A program made the position numbers and the translations under genes. The notes beneath the pieces were generated by a model. It did not search any database. It was not told the origin of the DNA and worked only from the letters and a program-made list of their open reading frames with translations. A DNA stretch of 43,702 nt, counting the filler, from Jimgerdemannia flammicorona (lineage: Eukaryota): the NCBI GenBank assembly GCA_003990765.1. It is 2 parts of 2 records of this genome, joined end to end, with 100 filler letters (N's around TTAATTAATTAA, not from the genome) between each part and the next. Parts side by side here need not be neighbours in the genome. Positions count along the whole stretch, not along the records: positions 1 to 21,803 come from RBNJ01001392.1; 1 more part is not named here. The stretch is one strand, 5' to 3'. This document shows, one piece after another, positions 1-11,400 of the stretch (position 1 is its first letter; each line of letters opens with the position of its first letter).

Positions 1-134
1 TGGTCGAGCTGCTGGACAATAGCTAGCCTAGGTTAATGGGGGGGCAGTGCTTGGTGGGTGGTGGGGGAGGGTTTTGGCCTATATAGTCTAGGTTCCCTTC
101 CAATAAAAATCCACGGGACATGAGTCCATAAAAC

Positions 135-161
<27 letters not shown>
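1..161 (+). mobile_element. 3' end and poly(A) tail of a SINE-like non-autonomous retroposon (copy A, cut by the window edge)
   Basis: 1-134 matches 1334-1467 base for base by eye, includes AATAAA (~101) and is followed by an A-tract to 161. Confidence 0.85.
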
Positions 162-165
<4 letters not shown>

Positions 166-293
166 GAGTATTTATACTAGTGAGGGGCTATCTGGGCTAT
201 GCTGAATATAGATGTAGCACTTAGTACCTTACTGAGTTGGAATGCAGTCACATAGTACAAGTGTGATCTGATATGTCAAGAGATTGTCTAACT

Positions 294-1480
294 AGCTCCT
301 TTCTCCACTACCTTACCAGTCACAAGGTTTGGTAGGCAACCTTCCAAGTCTCCTTTCCCCTATTATTACCCCCTCTACCTCAGGTTGGTTTGCTGTGCCT
401 GCAGAGGCATGGTGGGAGGAGGGCAATGGTGATGAGTTATCCCTTTATCGGTGTCGGATCGGTGCTTCCTCTACTTTTTCACGGATTCTGGTGCCTTCAG
501 CTGCATCTGAGGTGTACCCGTTTTGGTGTGGTGCCTTCTTCCTTTTGCCATCGCTAACAAGGTATTGTCTTGGTATATCTCAGGCTACATAGGGAGTCAG
601 CTGACCTTGGATATCAAGTGCTCAGTATAGGTTACCTGCAGGTCCTCGGTGCCTGTAGTGGGGCCCTCTGACTTTGGCGAGCTTCCTGGCAAGCATGGTT
701 CTGGTATAGGTGATTGCTTTTTGGGTGTGGTCGGGATGGGAGGAGAGATGGTCATTACAGATAGGTGGAAGGGTGATTATGGTGGACCAGTAGGGTGCCA
801 GGCTGGGGGCAGTCATCAGGGCTAGGGCAGGTGCTGCTTCGGTGGGGCCTTTTGATTGGTGTGGCATGGTTAGGTGGTAGGTGTCACTATTGGCTTCTTT
901 TGGTGGTCAGCGGGGTTGGGCCCCAGTCGTCAGGGGGGGTCAGGAGGCCTGAGGCTACCCATTTCAGGCATCTTGGCTGCACTCAACTGGAACCAAGAGC
1001 TGACATGACAACGTGATCGAGGCCCACAAGCTTGAGTAGTGGGGTATTGGGGGTTTCCTCTCACCTCATATGTAAGTCTTTTACTCATCTCAACTGAGAG
1101 AACCAGGCCCTACCCACCATATTGTGCTTTGATGAGAGTTTTTTATTTGCCTGTCATTCTCTTTGGGGTAGCAGGGGCTATTCTATTCGGCTTAGGCATG
1201 GCCTTGTACATACGTTGGGTTCTCAGGCATGCGCTTTTGGTCATTGGTATATAGTTGGGTTTTTCCTAATGGTAGGGAGAGCATGGTGCATAGAATGAGG
1301 TATGGGCCAACATAGGCCCTGCTGCGCCTGGCATGGTCGAGCTGCTGGACAATAGCTAGCCTAGGTTAATGGGGGGGCAGTGCTTGGTGGGTGGTGGGGG
1401 AGGGTTTTGGCCTATATAGTCTAGGTTCCCTTCCAATAAAAATCCACGGGACATGAGTCCATAAAACAAAAAAAAAAAAA
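294..1480 (+). mobile_element. Full-length ~1.19-kb non-coding poly(A) retroposon (SINE-like), copy B
   Basis: Starts AGCTCCTTTCTCCACTACC, the same 5' end as the copies at ~28519 (+) and 30493 (-). Ends AATAAA...ATAAAAC(A)n. Colinear with 28519-29724 throughout; no conserved long ORF. Confidence 0.85.
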
Positions 1481-2850
1481 GTATATTCAAACTATAGACA
1501 GAACTTTCCTATACCCTGATGATCACATTCTGCAAATACCCCAAGTTGAATATATTATGAAGGACATCTACAATATAATCTAGTTCAATAATGATAAAGC
1601 AGAAGATAATAATCTCTCTGATACTGATATGATCTCCAGCCAAGGATCTCTATTGGTCCTAATCACTCTATCAATATTGCTAATAAACTTATAATAGTTT
1701 ATAACTATCTATAAGACCTATTGGGATATCAACTACTGATATGAGTACTAATATATATTTATGTTCAATTACTTCAACTATAATGAAGAGACTGGAGAAT
1801 ATAATCTATATCTCTAGATAACTCTTAAAATTGAATTAACAACCCACCTTCTGAGTATGAACAAAATGAACAATAGCTACTAGTATACTATAACCCTACA
1901 ACTTATAGTACTGTAATTTATAGAAGATATACAAATAGTGAATCTGATGAAAGCAAAGACAATATACCTCTCCTTTGCTTACTAACTCTATATCTAGTAT
2001 ATGAGACAGATGATACTATTTTATAAGATAATGATATAATTCCAATATATTATTATCTAAGTAAATAGAGAGAAGTAATCCAAGAACTACTCTTTTTAGA
2101 TGACTACTTTATCAGAGATAATGTCATCAATAGTGATATTATTAAAGACTACTCAGATAGTATCTAAATCTATAGATAGCTTAGTAGTCATTAGTATAGT
2201 TATATTAGTCTTATATAATATAACTGTATATTAACTCAGCAGTCAGATAATCTCTTAATATATCAGTTTATACTTATACTATATAACTGTATTCTAACTT
2301 AGCAAAATACTAAGTACTATATTTATATTTAGTATAGTCCAGATAGTCTTCCATTAGTATAAATATCCTCTCTTCCAGACCTCAGAATCTCAGACTTGAA
2401 TAGACTCAAACAGATCTATATAAGAACTTCTAAATACTTTCCCACAATATTCCTTTATACAACTACTTCTAGTATAGCAATATTATAAACAGTGAATAAA
2501 CCTATTTAATAACCCACAAACTACTCTTAAATAAATCTAAACTCCATTAGATTCCACTCTTAATTACATTATAAAATTTCCTAATTAGGTATTGTCTGCA
2601 GTAATATATCAATTCAACTAAGCTGGTCTTAGTTTCTTGAACTTCCTGAAATATAAAAAATCCTAAACATTTAGAATAAGTCTGAAAAAGAACTTTGGTT
2701 GAGATATTAATCCAATCTTGAAATTAATAAGTATAAAGGATATACTCTATATGAAATTAATCTTGACCTTAAGAAAATGGTCTTCTAGAATATCCAGCAC
2801 TTCCAAAAAACTCTTTCAGAACTATATAATAGTACTTTTATAAGTATGTA
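1481..2850 (+). mobile_element. Heavily mutated repeat relic: acidic stop-riddled coding-like segment followed by a possible LTR-like segment; family unresolved
   Basis: CpG-free and TpA-rich. The + frames read as acidic protein-like text with stops (e.g. FLYPDDHILQIPQVEYIMKDIYNII*FNNDKAEDNNLSDTD). No diagnostic motif recognised. Confidence 0.3.
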
Positions 2851-5800
2851 ACTCTCTTATACTTTACTACCAAACTCATTCTCTTTCTATTTTTGAATAT
2901 AAACTATTAGTAGTCAGCTAATCTTATCTATATTATCAATACTCACTCAACTATAAGTTACTTATTATCAATATAACCTACTAACTATTCTCTCAAGTTA
3001 TCTCATCTTTATCTTTATCTACCATCATACTGTCTCACTCTTAGATAATATTTAACTATTACTTAGAAGTTATTAAGAATCTTATACTCTTATAACTAAT
3101 ATTGTTATAGACTCTTTTCTTTTATCTGACATTATAACAATCTTTATACTCCTATTTACTAAGTATTCTGATCTAAAGTTCAATATGATATTCCTTTTTA
3201 AGATCTACTATATCTCAGTACTTTAGGACTAGACTCTAGCCCAGTCTTATATCTTATTAATATCTACTAACTATCAGCTCACTAGTTATAAATTCTGTTC
3301 TATCTCTCATTAATACTCAATATTAGTACTAATATTGAAATCTATCACTAGCAAGCTATCCAATAGGAGCTTGTCTTACCTCTATATTACAGATCTCTAT
3401 TATATTTCTCTCTTATTACTTTATTAATATAAATCAATATAGTAAGTTCTCTCTACTATACTCCATCAGAATCTTCTATACTATAAGTATCTACTACCTC
3501 TTAGTTCAACTATTAATAATAGATCTCTAAAAGATTCTCTAAGAGAGAACCTTATCTTTCAGATCTTTTATATCAAAGACATCTACTCTTCACTCTATAA
3601 CTCAATAGCTCTCTTTATTTACTAAGCTCTAAGATAGTATAATCTTTTCAAGAAATCCACCAGAGCTACCAAGACTTCTCAATATATCTGACTCTATCTC
3701 TCTCTCCAAATTTAGTTCTTAGCTATTTTCAATAACCTCTTTATTACTCAAGCTAAAAAGTCTAAGTAATATATTAAATATTATAACTTCAGCAACTAGT
3801 AGATATTAAGGATTGATACTTATATATCTGATAAGAGAAATATAGTACTCCTCTCAACTCTAAAGAGTCTTCTGTCATTTTACTACCTTTTTTCCTATCA
3901 AACCCTAGATAAGCTGATCTATATATATACTAATAGAAATATATATATCCAGATACTATACTATCTCTCTAGTAGAGATAATAGTATCCACAATATCTCT
4001 ACCCACTAAACTATTTCTCAATACTATTATCTAGTGCTTCTAATAAATTGAATTGAATTGAATTAGACTCAAATTCAATTTAATTTGAAAACTTCAAATT
4101 AAATTAAATTAAGGTCTAATTCAATTTGAATTTTGATTTAAACCTAAATTTTTAAAATTCAATAACTTAACAAGAAAATGTCTAAATTTAATGATCTTTA
4201 TTATACTGGATTCATCTTATCAAGGTGAATTCAATAAGCTAAAATTTATCAAATTTGGATATATTTTTATCAAGTTATTATATTTCAAAGTTTAACTTTT
4301 AATTTTAAATTAAATCAGATCTTAATTCAATTTGAACTCAATTTAATTTAAACTCAATTCAAATTGAAAAATCCCCAATTTGATTCAATTTAAATTACCC
4401 CCAATTTAATTTGATTCAAATTGATTCAATTTATTTAAGAGTACTGCTATTATCTCATATTTATACTAGTTGAGCTTAGCTCTAGAGTACTCTTCATACT
4501 AGTTAATAGTAGTCTACAGCTCACTAATATTCTCAATAGAGCCAAGTCTCACTACTATATTATCTATAAAGGCCCCAATCTTTCAGACTATCTCTAAGAC
4601 TATAAGCTCTAATACTTTATAGTAAATTTAGTCTATTAAAATTCTAATGATAGTATATATAGAATAAGAGACAGCAGGTCTCTCTGAAAGATATCTCTCT
4701 TTAATAGAAATAAGATACCACAATATCTATTATATAAAATTACTGCCTGACTTTTCTCTAAAAGACTATTTATTAATAACTGAAATCAATGAAAGATACT
4801 AATTCTCTCTAATATCTTCTTTAGTCAGACTTACTATATCTGATCATAGGTCTTCTCTTGATTCAGAAAGATCAATCAGTCATTTAGTCTACTAGTTTTC
4901 ATTCTCTCAATTATACTATGAACCCAATCTATCTTATCTCTTATTAGTCTATTATTAATAAAGCTCCTCTACTTAACTCTCAATATCTATTAAGCCACCT
5001 TCTGCAACCTTGTAATAATTATCTTCATAACTAACTTCTTGTCTATATCTAGAAGTATAATTAGCCTCTAGTTCTTCTAATTCTCTCTCCTACTCTTATC
5101 TTTATAAAACAATATTACCAGACTAAGATCCTGACCCTCAACTTACTTCTCAGATAAAAGAACTAAGTTACATAATGCTATTATCTCTCCCAAGACCCTT
5201 GAAACTCTTACTATCTTCTTCTAAAAGTTCTAAGATAAGTTATTCTTACTGAGAGCTATATTTTGTTTTATAGCTAACAAGATATTCAAAATTTTCTTCT
5301 TCTTAACTGGCTGAGCCAAATCTTCAAAACTATCAATCTGTAGAGAGTACCAATCTTCCAGATAGTACTCAATTGTCCTCTTATTAGTATTACTCTCTTT
5401 CTCACTCTATAGATCTCTCTATCTATCTCTCAATAGACTCAGAATTCTCTATATTCTATTTATCAGGGTACTGTTCTTATTGAGCACTCTATTCTACTAC
5501 TACCTCACCCTCTTTATCTAAAGAAGCCTAGATACTTAATTGATCTCTCATCTTTCTCAAGCTTCTGCCATCTTAGCTAAGCAGCCATATTCTATATATA
5601 AGTCTCCTCCTCCTCTCTCAACACTCTCCTCAACTCCTCTATCTCTAGTTGAGCTCACCTCAGCCTCCAATCCTCTATATCCTCCTGTATTAATATCTCA
5701 GCCTATTCCAGCTATAATATCTCTATTCTATAAGAGGCCTACCTTATCTACTATCTCTGCTAAGCCTCTTAGAACTTACTAGTCTTACTCTAATATAATT

Positions 5801-8430
5801 TAGTAGCTTTTTTCAACTTTATCTAATAGATTCTAACTGAAGACCTCTCACTTTTTCAGTAAACAATCTTTCTCCCAATGTCCACCATTTATGTATTTTA
5901 TAATCTCTTCTTCTCTAATAAAGATATCAATATCTAGACCCATCTTTACTCCTCCAAAACTAGTCATACCCCAATAGTCCCCAATGATCAGATTATAGAC
6001 ACTACTCTATTTTCAAGGTCTTTTAGATATCTATCTCTCAGTAATTAGCTATCAGTATCTAATTAATTCTTATTCTAAATTCATTCACTCAATAAGTATA
6101 AACCCTCTAATCACTCTATACTATTCTGCTAGTATCCACTAATAAACTTAGATACTCTACTTTTTCTCAAATATCTATACTACTACTATAGTCTACAGTA
6201 TACCTCCCTTTATCAGTCTTGTTTGCTAACATATTTTACACTATATTGAAGTCTCTATCCAGTATATCTATATTAGCTTTAGTAAATACACTATACTTAT
6301 GAAGTCTATTCAGCTACTCTATATAATCACTTCTAACTACTAGACAATAATAAGAGTCTATCACTACTATGGTATTCCAATCTAGTCTATACTACTCTCT
6401 CTATATTAAGTGGTCTCTCTATCCTCTAACCTCATATAGTTCTCTCTTATCTTTCTGTACTAGAATCTCTACTCTATCTCTCCAAACTACTATACTACCT
6501 TATCTACTTATCTACTCTTATCTATTTAATTCTTTCTCTCAAAATATATTCTATAATAGAAAAATATCTATCTTCAAACTCTTCAGCTAAGCAAAAATAT
6601 TCTGATACTTTACTGAACCTCTCAGACTATTTATATTTAGTGAAAAAATATTAGTTATACTATTTATAAAAAAGTAATATTTTATAGCTATCCTATTTCC
6701 TTTATAGTTTTACACTTATCTTCTCTTCAGCTATGTCTAGATCATATTTTACAATAGCTTCTACCTCTTTAACTTCTTAGCATCCAATCTAGCTAATATC
6801 TCAGCTATCTTCTTGTTATTCTTAATCTCTATCTTCTCTTTATATTTCTTATACACTATCTGCTAGAGCTGCAATCTATACTACTACTTTTACTAAAAAA
6901 TAGTATATTCTCTAGTAATTACTACTAAGTCAGCCTCTCTTTCTACATCTACCTCATAGTCTTCATTCTCTAATAGTATAGCCAAAACTTTAGCTTTTAG
7001 CTTCCTTATTACTCTATCATCTCTCAATATCCTTATCTAGTACTTCTTACTGATAATATATAAGTCTATCTCTCTCAGCTTCTCTACAGCCAACTCATTT
7101 ATCATTACACTCATCCAATACATATCACCTATATATTTTTCATCTGAAGTCATAGACCTCCCCTCCTTTAGTAATATAGAATCAATACTAGTACTAGTAA
7201 ACTTATCCCACTCTTTCTCTGAAATATCATATAGCTTATTTTCCTCTACTCTGACCATCTATCCTCTCTTCACTATATCTGGTATTCTAAACTTAATTCT
7301 ATGTATGCTCCTTATCTTTATATTCTCTACAACTCTTCTTCTTTAAGTATTTGCCTATACTAGATATCTCTCCTTTTTCTTCCAGACTTTGAGCATATCA
7401 TCATTATAGAGCTGCTGACTCTTCACCTCCCTGCTTAATACTATATTCTCCTTTCTCTCTTCTACTCTACTTCTAGCCCAATTACTCACCATTACTTCTT
7501 CTGAGTCCTCCCCCTATCTCATCACTGTTCTCTCCTCCAAACTAGTCAGCAAGTCTCTCTGTCTCTTCCTCCCCTAAGTCTTCTTCTATATCATTTTATT
7601 TATATATATCCTCTTACTATTTATTACTTCCAAATATATTAATACTATATAAGTCTACCATACTATCATTCAATACTCAACTACTCTACTGAGTTTCTTC
7701 AGAGTCTCCAGTAAATCCTTCTCTTCCTTCTTACTCTTCTTAACTCTTATTATCTTACAGATAAATATATATCACATAAATACTACAGATCTGTCTCTAG
7801 TCTTCCTAATATCTTTCTTCTCTATAAGCTGAAGTCTAATATCAATATTATCTATTCTGAATATAGTACTCTTCTATATATTAAATCTTATATCTACTAT
7901 CTTCTTATACTCCTTTATCATCTCTTTAATCCTTCTTCTTATCTCAATAGTTATCATTATAGGTACTCCTTTTACAAAAAGCTATATAATTCTCAGATTT
8001 TATCTCAAATACTGAGCCATCAGCACTACTACTTTACTAATTAATAGCCCAGTCTTTATGGCCTCCATCAATAGCCTCTTCTTCTTAAAATATACCTCAA
8101 CTCCTCTAGTCTATACAGAAACTTCATTGAGGCTGCTCTAGTCAATTGGTTCATAATCAATCTCAAAACTATCTTAGTAGTTACTATAAGTCTCTAGAAA
8201 TATAAAGTAATAGTAATTCTGAGAATGATTTTTTGATTAATAGAGTTACTATTAATTCTATATATATCCTATCTACTCAGCCCTACTATTAGTCATTATA
8301 TCTGGATTTTTTTTCTAGATTTTCTATTATACTACCATCAGTAGTCACCTCTTAGCCCTCAGTAATAGCTTCCCAAGTCTCTATGTCTGCCCTACCAGAT
8401 AGTATCTCTCTAGCTCTTTTAGTACTCAAC
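2850..8430 (-). mobile_element. Decayed L1/Tx1-like LINE, copy 1 (ORF1 remnant plus APE endonuclease-RT ORF2), no 3' tail
   Basis: Mutated minus-strand motifs: SLNINSLRGS (EN start, ~6640), LDRDFN (=GGDFN, ~6250), SDHW (~5985), RDIFQRDLLSL (=RGVxQGDPLS, ~4680), GAFIDNI (=FADD, ~4565). Colinear with 8740-13600. Confidence 0.85.
4032..4446. mobile_element. 415-bp MITE, probably hAT superfamily, inserted in the RT region of LINE copy 1
   Basis: Perfect 8-bp TSD CTATTATC (4024-4031 and 4447-4454). Imperfect TIRs TAGTGCTTCTAATAAATTGAAT / CAGTACTCTTAAATAAATTGAAT. AATTG/CAATT subterminal repeats. The paralogous LINE has the empty site CTATCATC at 9608-9615. Confidence 0.85.
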
Positions 8431-11400
8431 TTTTTTTTTATTTTTTATTTTTATTTTTTCTATAGATATATAATCTCTTTATTAACTAATCTATAATAAA
8501 TATATAGTTCTCATACTATACTAGTAGCTCTAACCCAATCTACTCTACTTTACTCTATCCTAATATATTTTCTCTCCCCCACTCCTATTTTTCAAAACCA
8601 ACTATATTATTAACTATTATAATCTACTTACTACTCTTTTTATAAATTCTTTTCACCAGATACTGATGGTGACTACTCTGAGAGCTCCACTCTCTCTATC
8701 AGCTGAACAGTATATCTACTATTAGCTCCTCCTATCTCACTACCTTTCTCTTAAGACTATCTGCCTTTCATTCTCAAATACATATAACCAATAATCAGCT
8801 AACTCTATCCAAACTACCAATATATACTCAATAGTGAGCCACTTATTATCAATATACTCTATTAACTACTCTCTCAAGTCATCTCATCTACTCTCTTCTC
8901 TATTTACACATATATTAGACAGTTTTCAACCTTCTCTCAGAAGTCACTAAGTACTTTATACTTACTCAGTCAATGTTCAGATATCTGTACAATCTCCCTC
9001 TCTTGCCTTATATTAAGATAATTCTTACACTTAAAATTACTGCTTACTACTAAGTAATCTGACTTAAAGTTCAATATAAAATTTCTTCTCAAGACATATT
9101 ATCACACTATTTAGAACTTTAGAGGAAGCCACCACTATATCTCAGTATTCCAAGACCATACTCCAGCCTAGTCCCAAGTCTCACCAATACCTGCTGTCTA
9201 TCAGTTCAATGATTACAAATTCTGATCCACTCTTTAATAATAGATCCATACCTCTTCTATTTATTAAAGTCATCAGGATCTCTCAACTTATCTAACTTCT
9301 CCTTCTAGTCCAAATCCAGTTCTTAGTCATTCTTAGCAACCTCTTCACTATCTATACTAGAAAGTCTAAGTAGTATACCAGATATTAGAGCTTTAGCAAT
9401 CAGTAGATATTCAGAATTAATATCTACTCTATAAAAGTACTCTCTCTAATTCTGAAGAACATCTCTTCCTTCTACTATCTTTCTCTCACCAAACCCTGAG
9501 TAAGACATATCCATATACTGATAGAAATATATCCAGATATTACACTATCTCTCCCACAGGGACAATAGTTCTAACAATATCTCTATCTACCAAACTATCT
9601 CTCAGCACTATCATCTTATACTTATATCAGTTGAGCTTTACTTCAGAGTACTTCTCATATCATTCTACTGCTCTTCTCAGTATACTAATATCAGCAATCA
9701 AGCTGAGTCTAACTACTATGTCATCTACAAAGACTTCAACCTTCCAGACCACTCCTAGTATTAGAAGCCCTGATATCTTATAGTAAATTCTATTTGTTAA
9801 TAACTTTAATAATAAAGTATATAAGATAGAAATAGTGGGTCTCTCTGTAGAACTCTCCTCTCTAATAAAAATATAGTACTATAATAGTCATTATATAGAA
9901 TCATTGCTCTGCTGCCCTCTAATAGACTAATTATCAATATCTGAAATCAGTAAGAGATATCAATTTTCTTTAATACTATCTTTAGCTAAACTTACCAAAT
10001 TTGATCATATGTAGGTCTTCTTCTAATTCAGGAAGACCAATCTCCTATTCAGTCTATTAACTCTTGTCTCTTCAATCAAACTATATATTTATACTATTCT
10101 ATCTCAAATTAGTCTACTCTCAATAAAGCTCTAATACTTATCTCCTAATATTTATTAAACTACCTTCTATAGTCTTATAATAATCACTTTAGTGACTAAC
10201 TTTCTATCTATATCTAGAAGTATAATTGGTCTCTAATTCTTTCAATTCTCTCTCTTATTTTTGTCCTTATATAGCAGTACTATTAGACCAAGGTTCTGCC
10301 CCCTGACCTATTCTCCAGATATGAGAACAAAGTTACAAAGTACTATTATCTCTCTCAATATCTCTAGAACTCTCACTATCTTCTTCCAAAAGTCCCAGAG
10401 CAGGCCATCCTTATCAAGAGCTATTCTAATTTCATAGCTAATAAAATACTCAAGATTTCATTCTCCTAGACTGGCAGAATCAGATCCTTAAGATCATCAA
10501 TCTGTAGAGGGTACTAATTCTCCAAAGAGTGCCCAATGGTCTTCTCATCTATACTATCTTTCTCCTTACTCTATAGATCTCCTTACTAACTCTTCAAAGA
10601 ATCCAAGATCTACTATATTCTATTTACCAGAATACTCTCTTCATCTAATACTCTATCTCACTACTGTCTTATCTGAAGAAGTCTAGTCAGATACTTAGTG
10701 GGCCTCTTGCCTTTCTTAAGCCTCTATCACTATAGTCAAGCTGCCATACCCTATATCTAAGTCTCCTTCTCCTCCCTCAATATTCTCTTCAACTCCTCTA
10801 CCTCTATCTGAACTTATTTCAGTCTCTAATCCTCTATAGCCTCCTGGCTTAATAAATCAGCCCATTCTAGCTATAACCTTTCCAACTGATAAGAAGCCTA
10901 TCTCACTCTCTGTCTCTGTTGTATTCCTTTAAACTTATCAGTCTTACTCAAATATAACTTAGCAGTCTTCTTCAACTTTATCTAGCAGGCCCCTACAGAG
11001 GACCTCTTATAGTTTCATAGATAATCTTTGACCCAATGTCCTCCAATTAAGCCTCTTATAACCCCATCTCTGCTAGTAAGAAAAAAATTAAAATACTAAT
11101 ATCCAGACTTATCTCCACTTCTCTCAAACTGACTATATCTTAATAGCTCCCAATGATCTGACTATGAGTACCACTTAACCTTTAAATCTATCTAGATATC
11201 TATCTCCTAGCAGTCAGTAGTTAGCATTCAGTCAATTCTCATCTCAAGTTTATTTATCTAATGAGTATAAATCCTCCTATTCTCCTATATTATTCTGTCA
11301 GTATCTATCAAAGAACTTAGATACTCTACTTTCTCTCAGATATCTAAACTATCACTATAGCTCTCAGCACTTCTCTCTCTATCAGTCTTATTCAACAGTA

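Noticed and set aside
294..420. tRNA- or 5S-derived SINE head
   Set aside because: No A/B box (GTTCRA) or cloverleaf visible by eye; a covariance search on a restored consensus is needed to exclude it.
329..1254. Short ORFs inside the retroposon (and equivalents at 28661-29992)
   Set aside because: Start and stop positions are not preserved among copies and no domain is recognisable; the similarity just reflects the DNA repeat.
280..1495. TSD for retroposon copy B
   Set aside because: The flanks GATTGTCTAACT and TATATTCAAACT share only a few bases; not convincing.
7340..7410. Apparent zinc knuckle (CSKSGRK) in LINE ORF1
   Set aside because: The frame conserved with copy 2 reads QQLYND..L.VW.KKE instead; the Cys pattern is off-frame.
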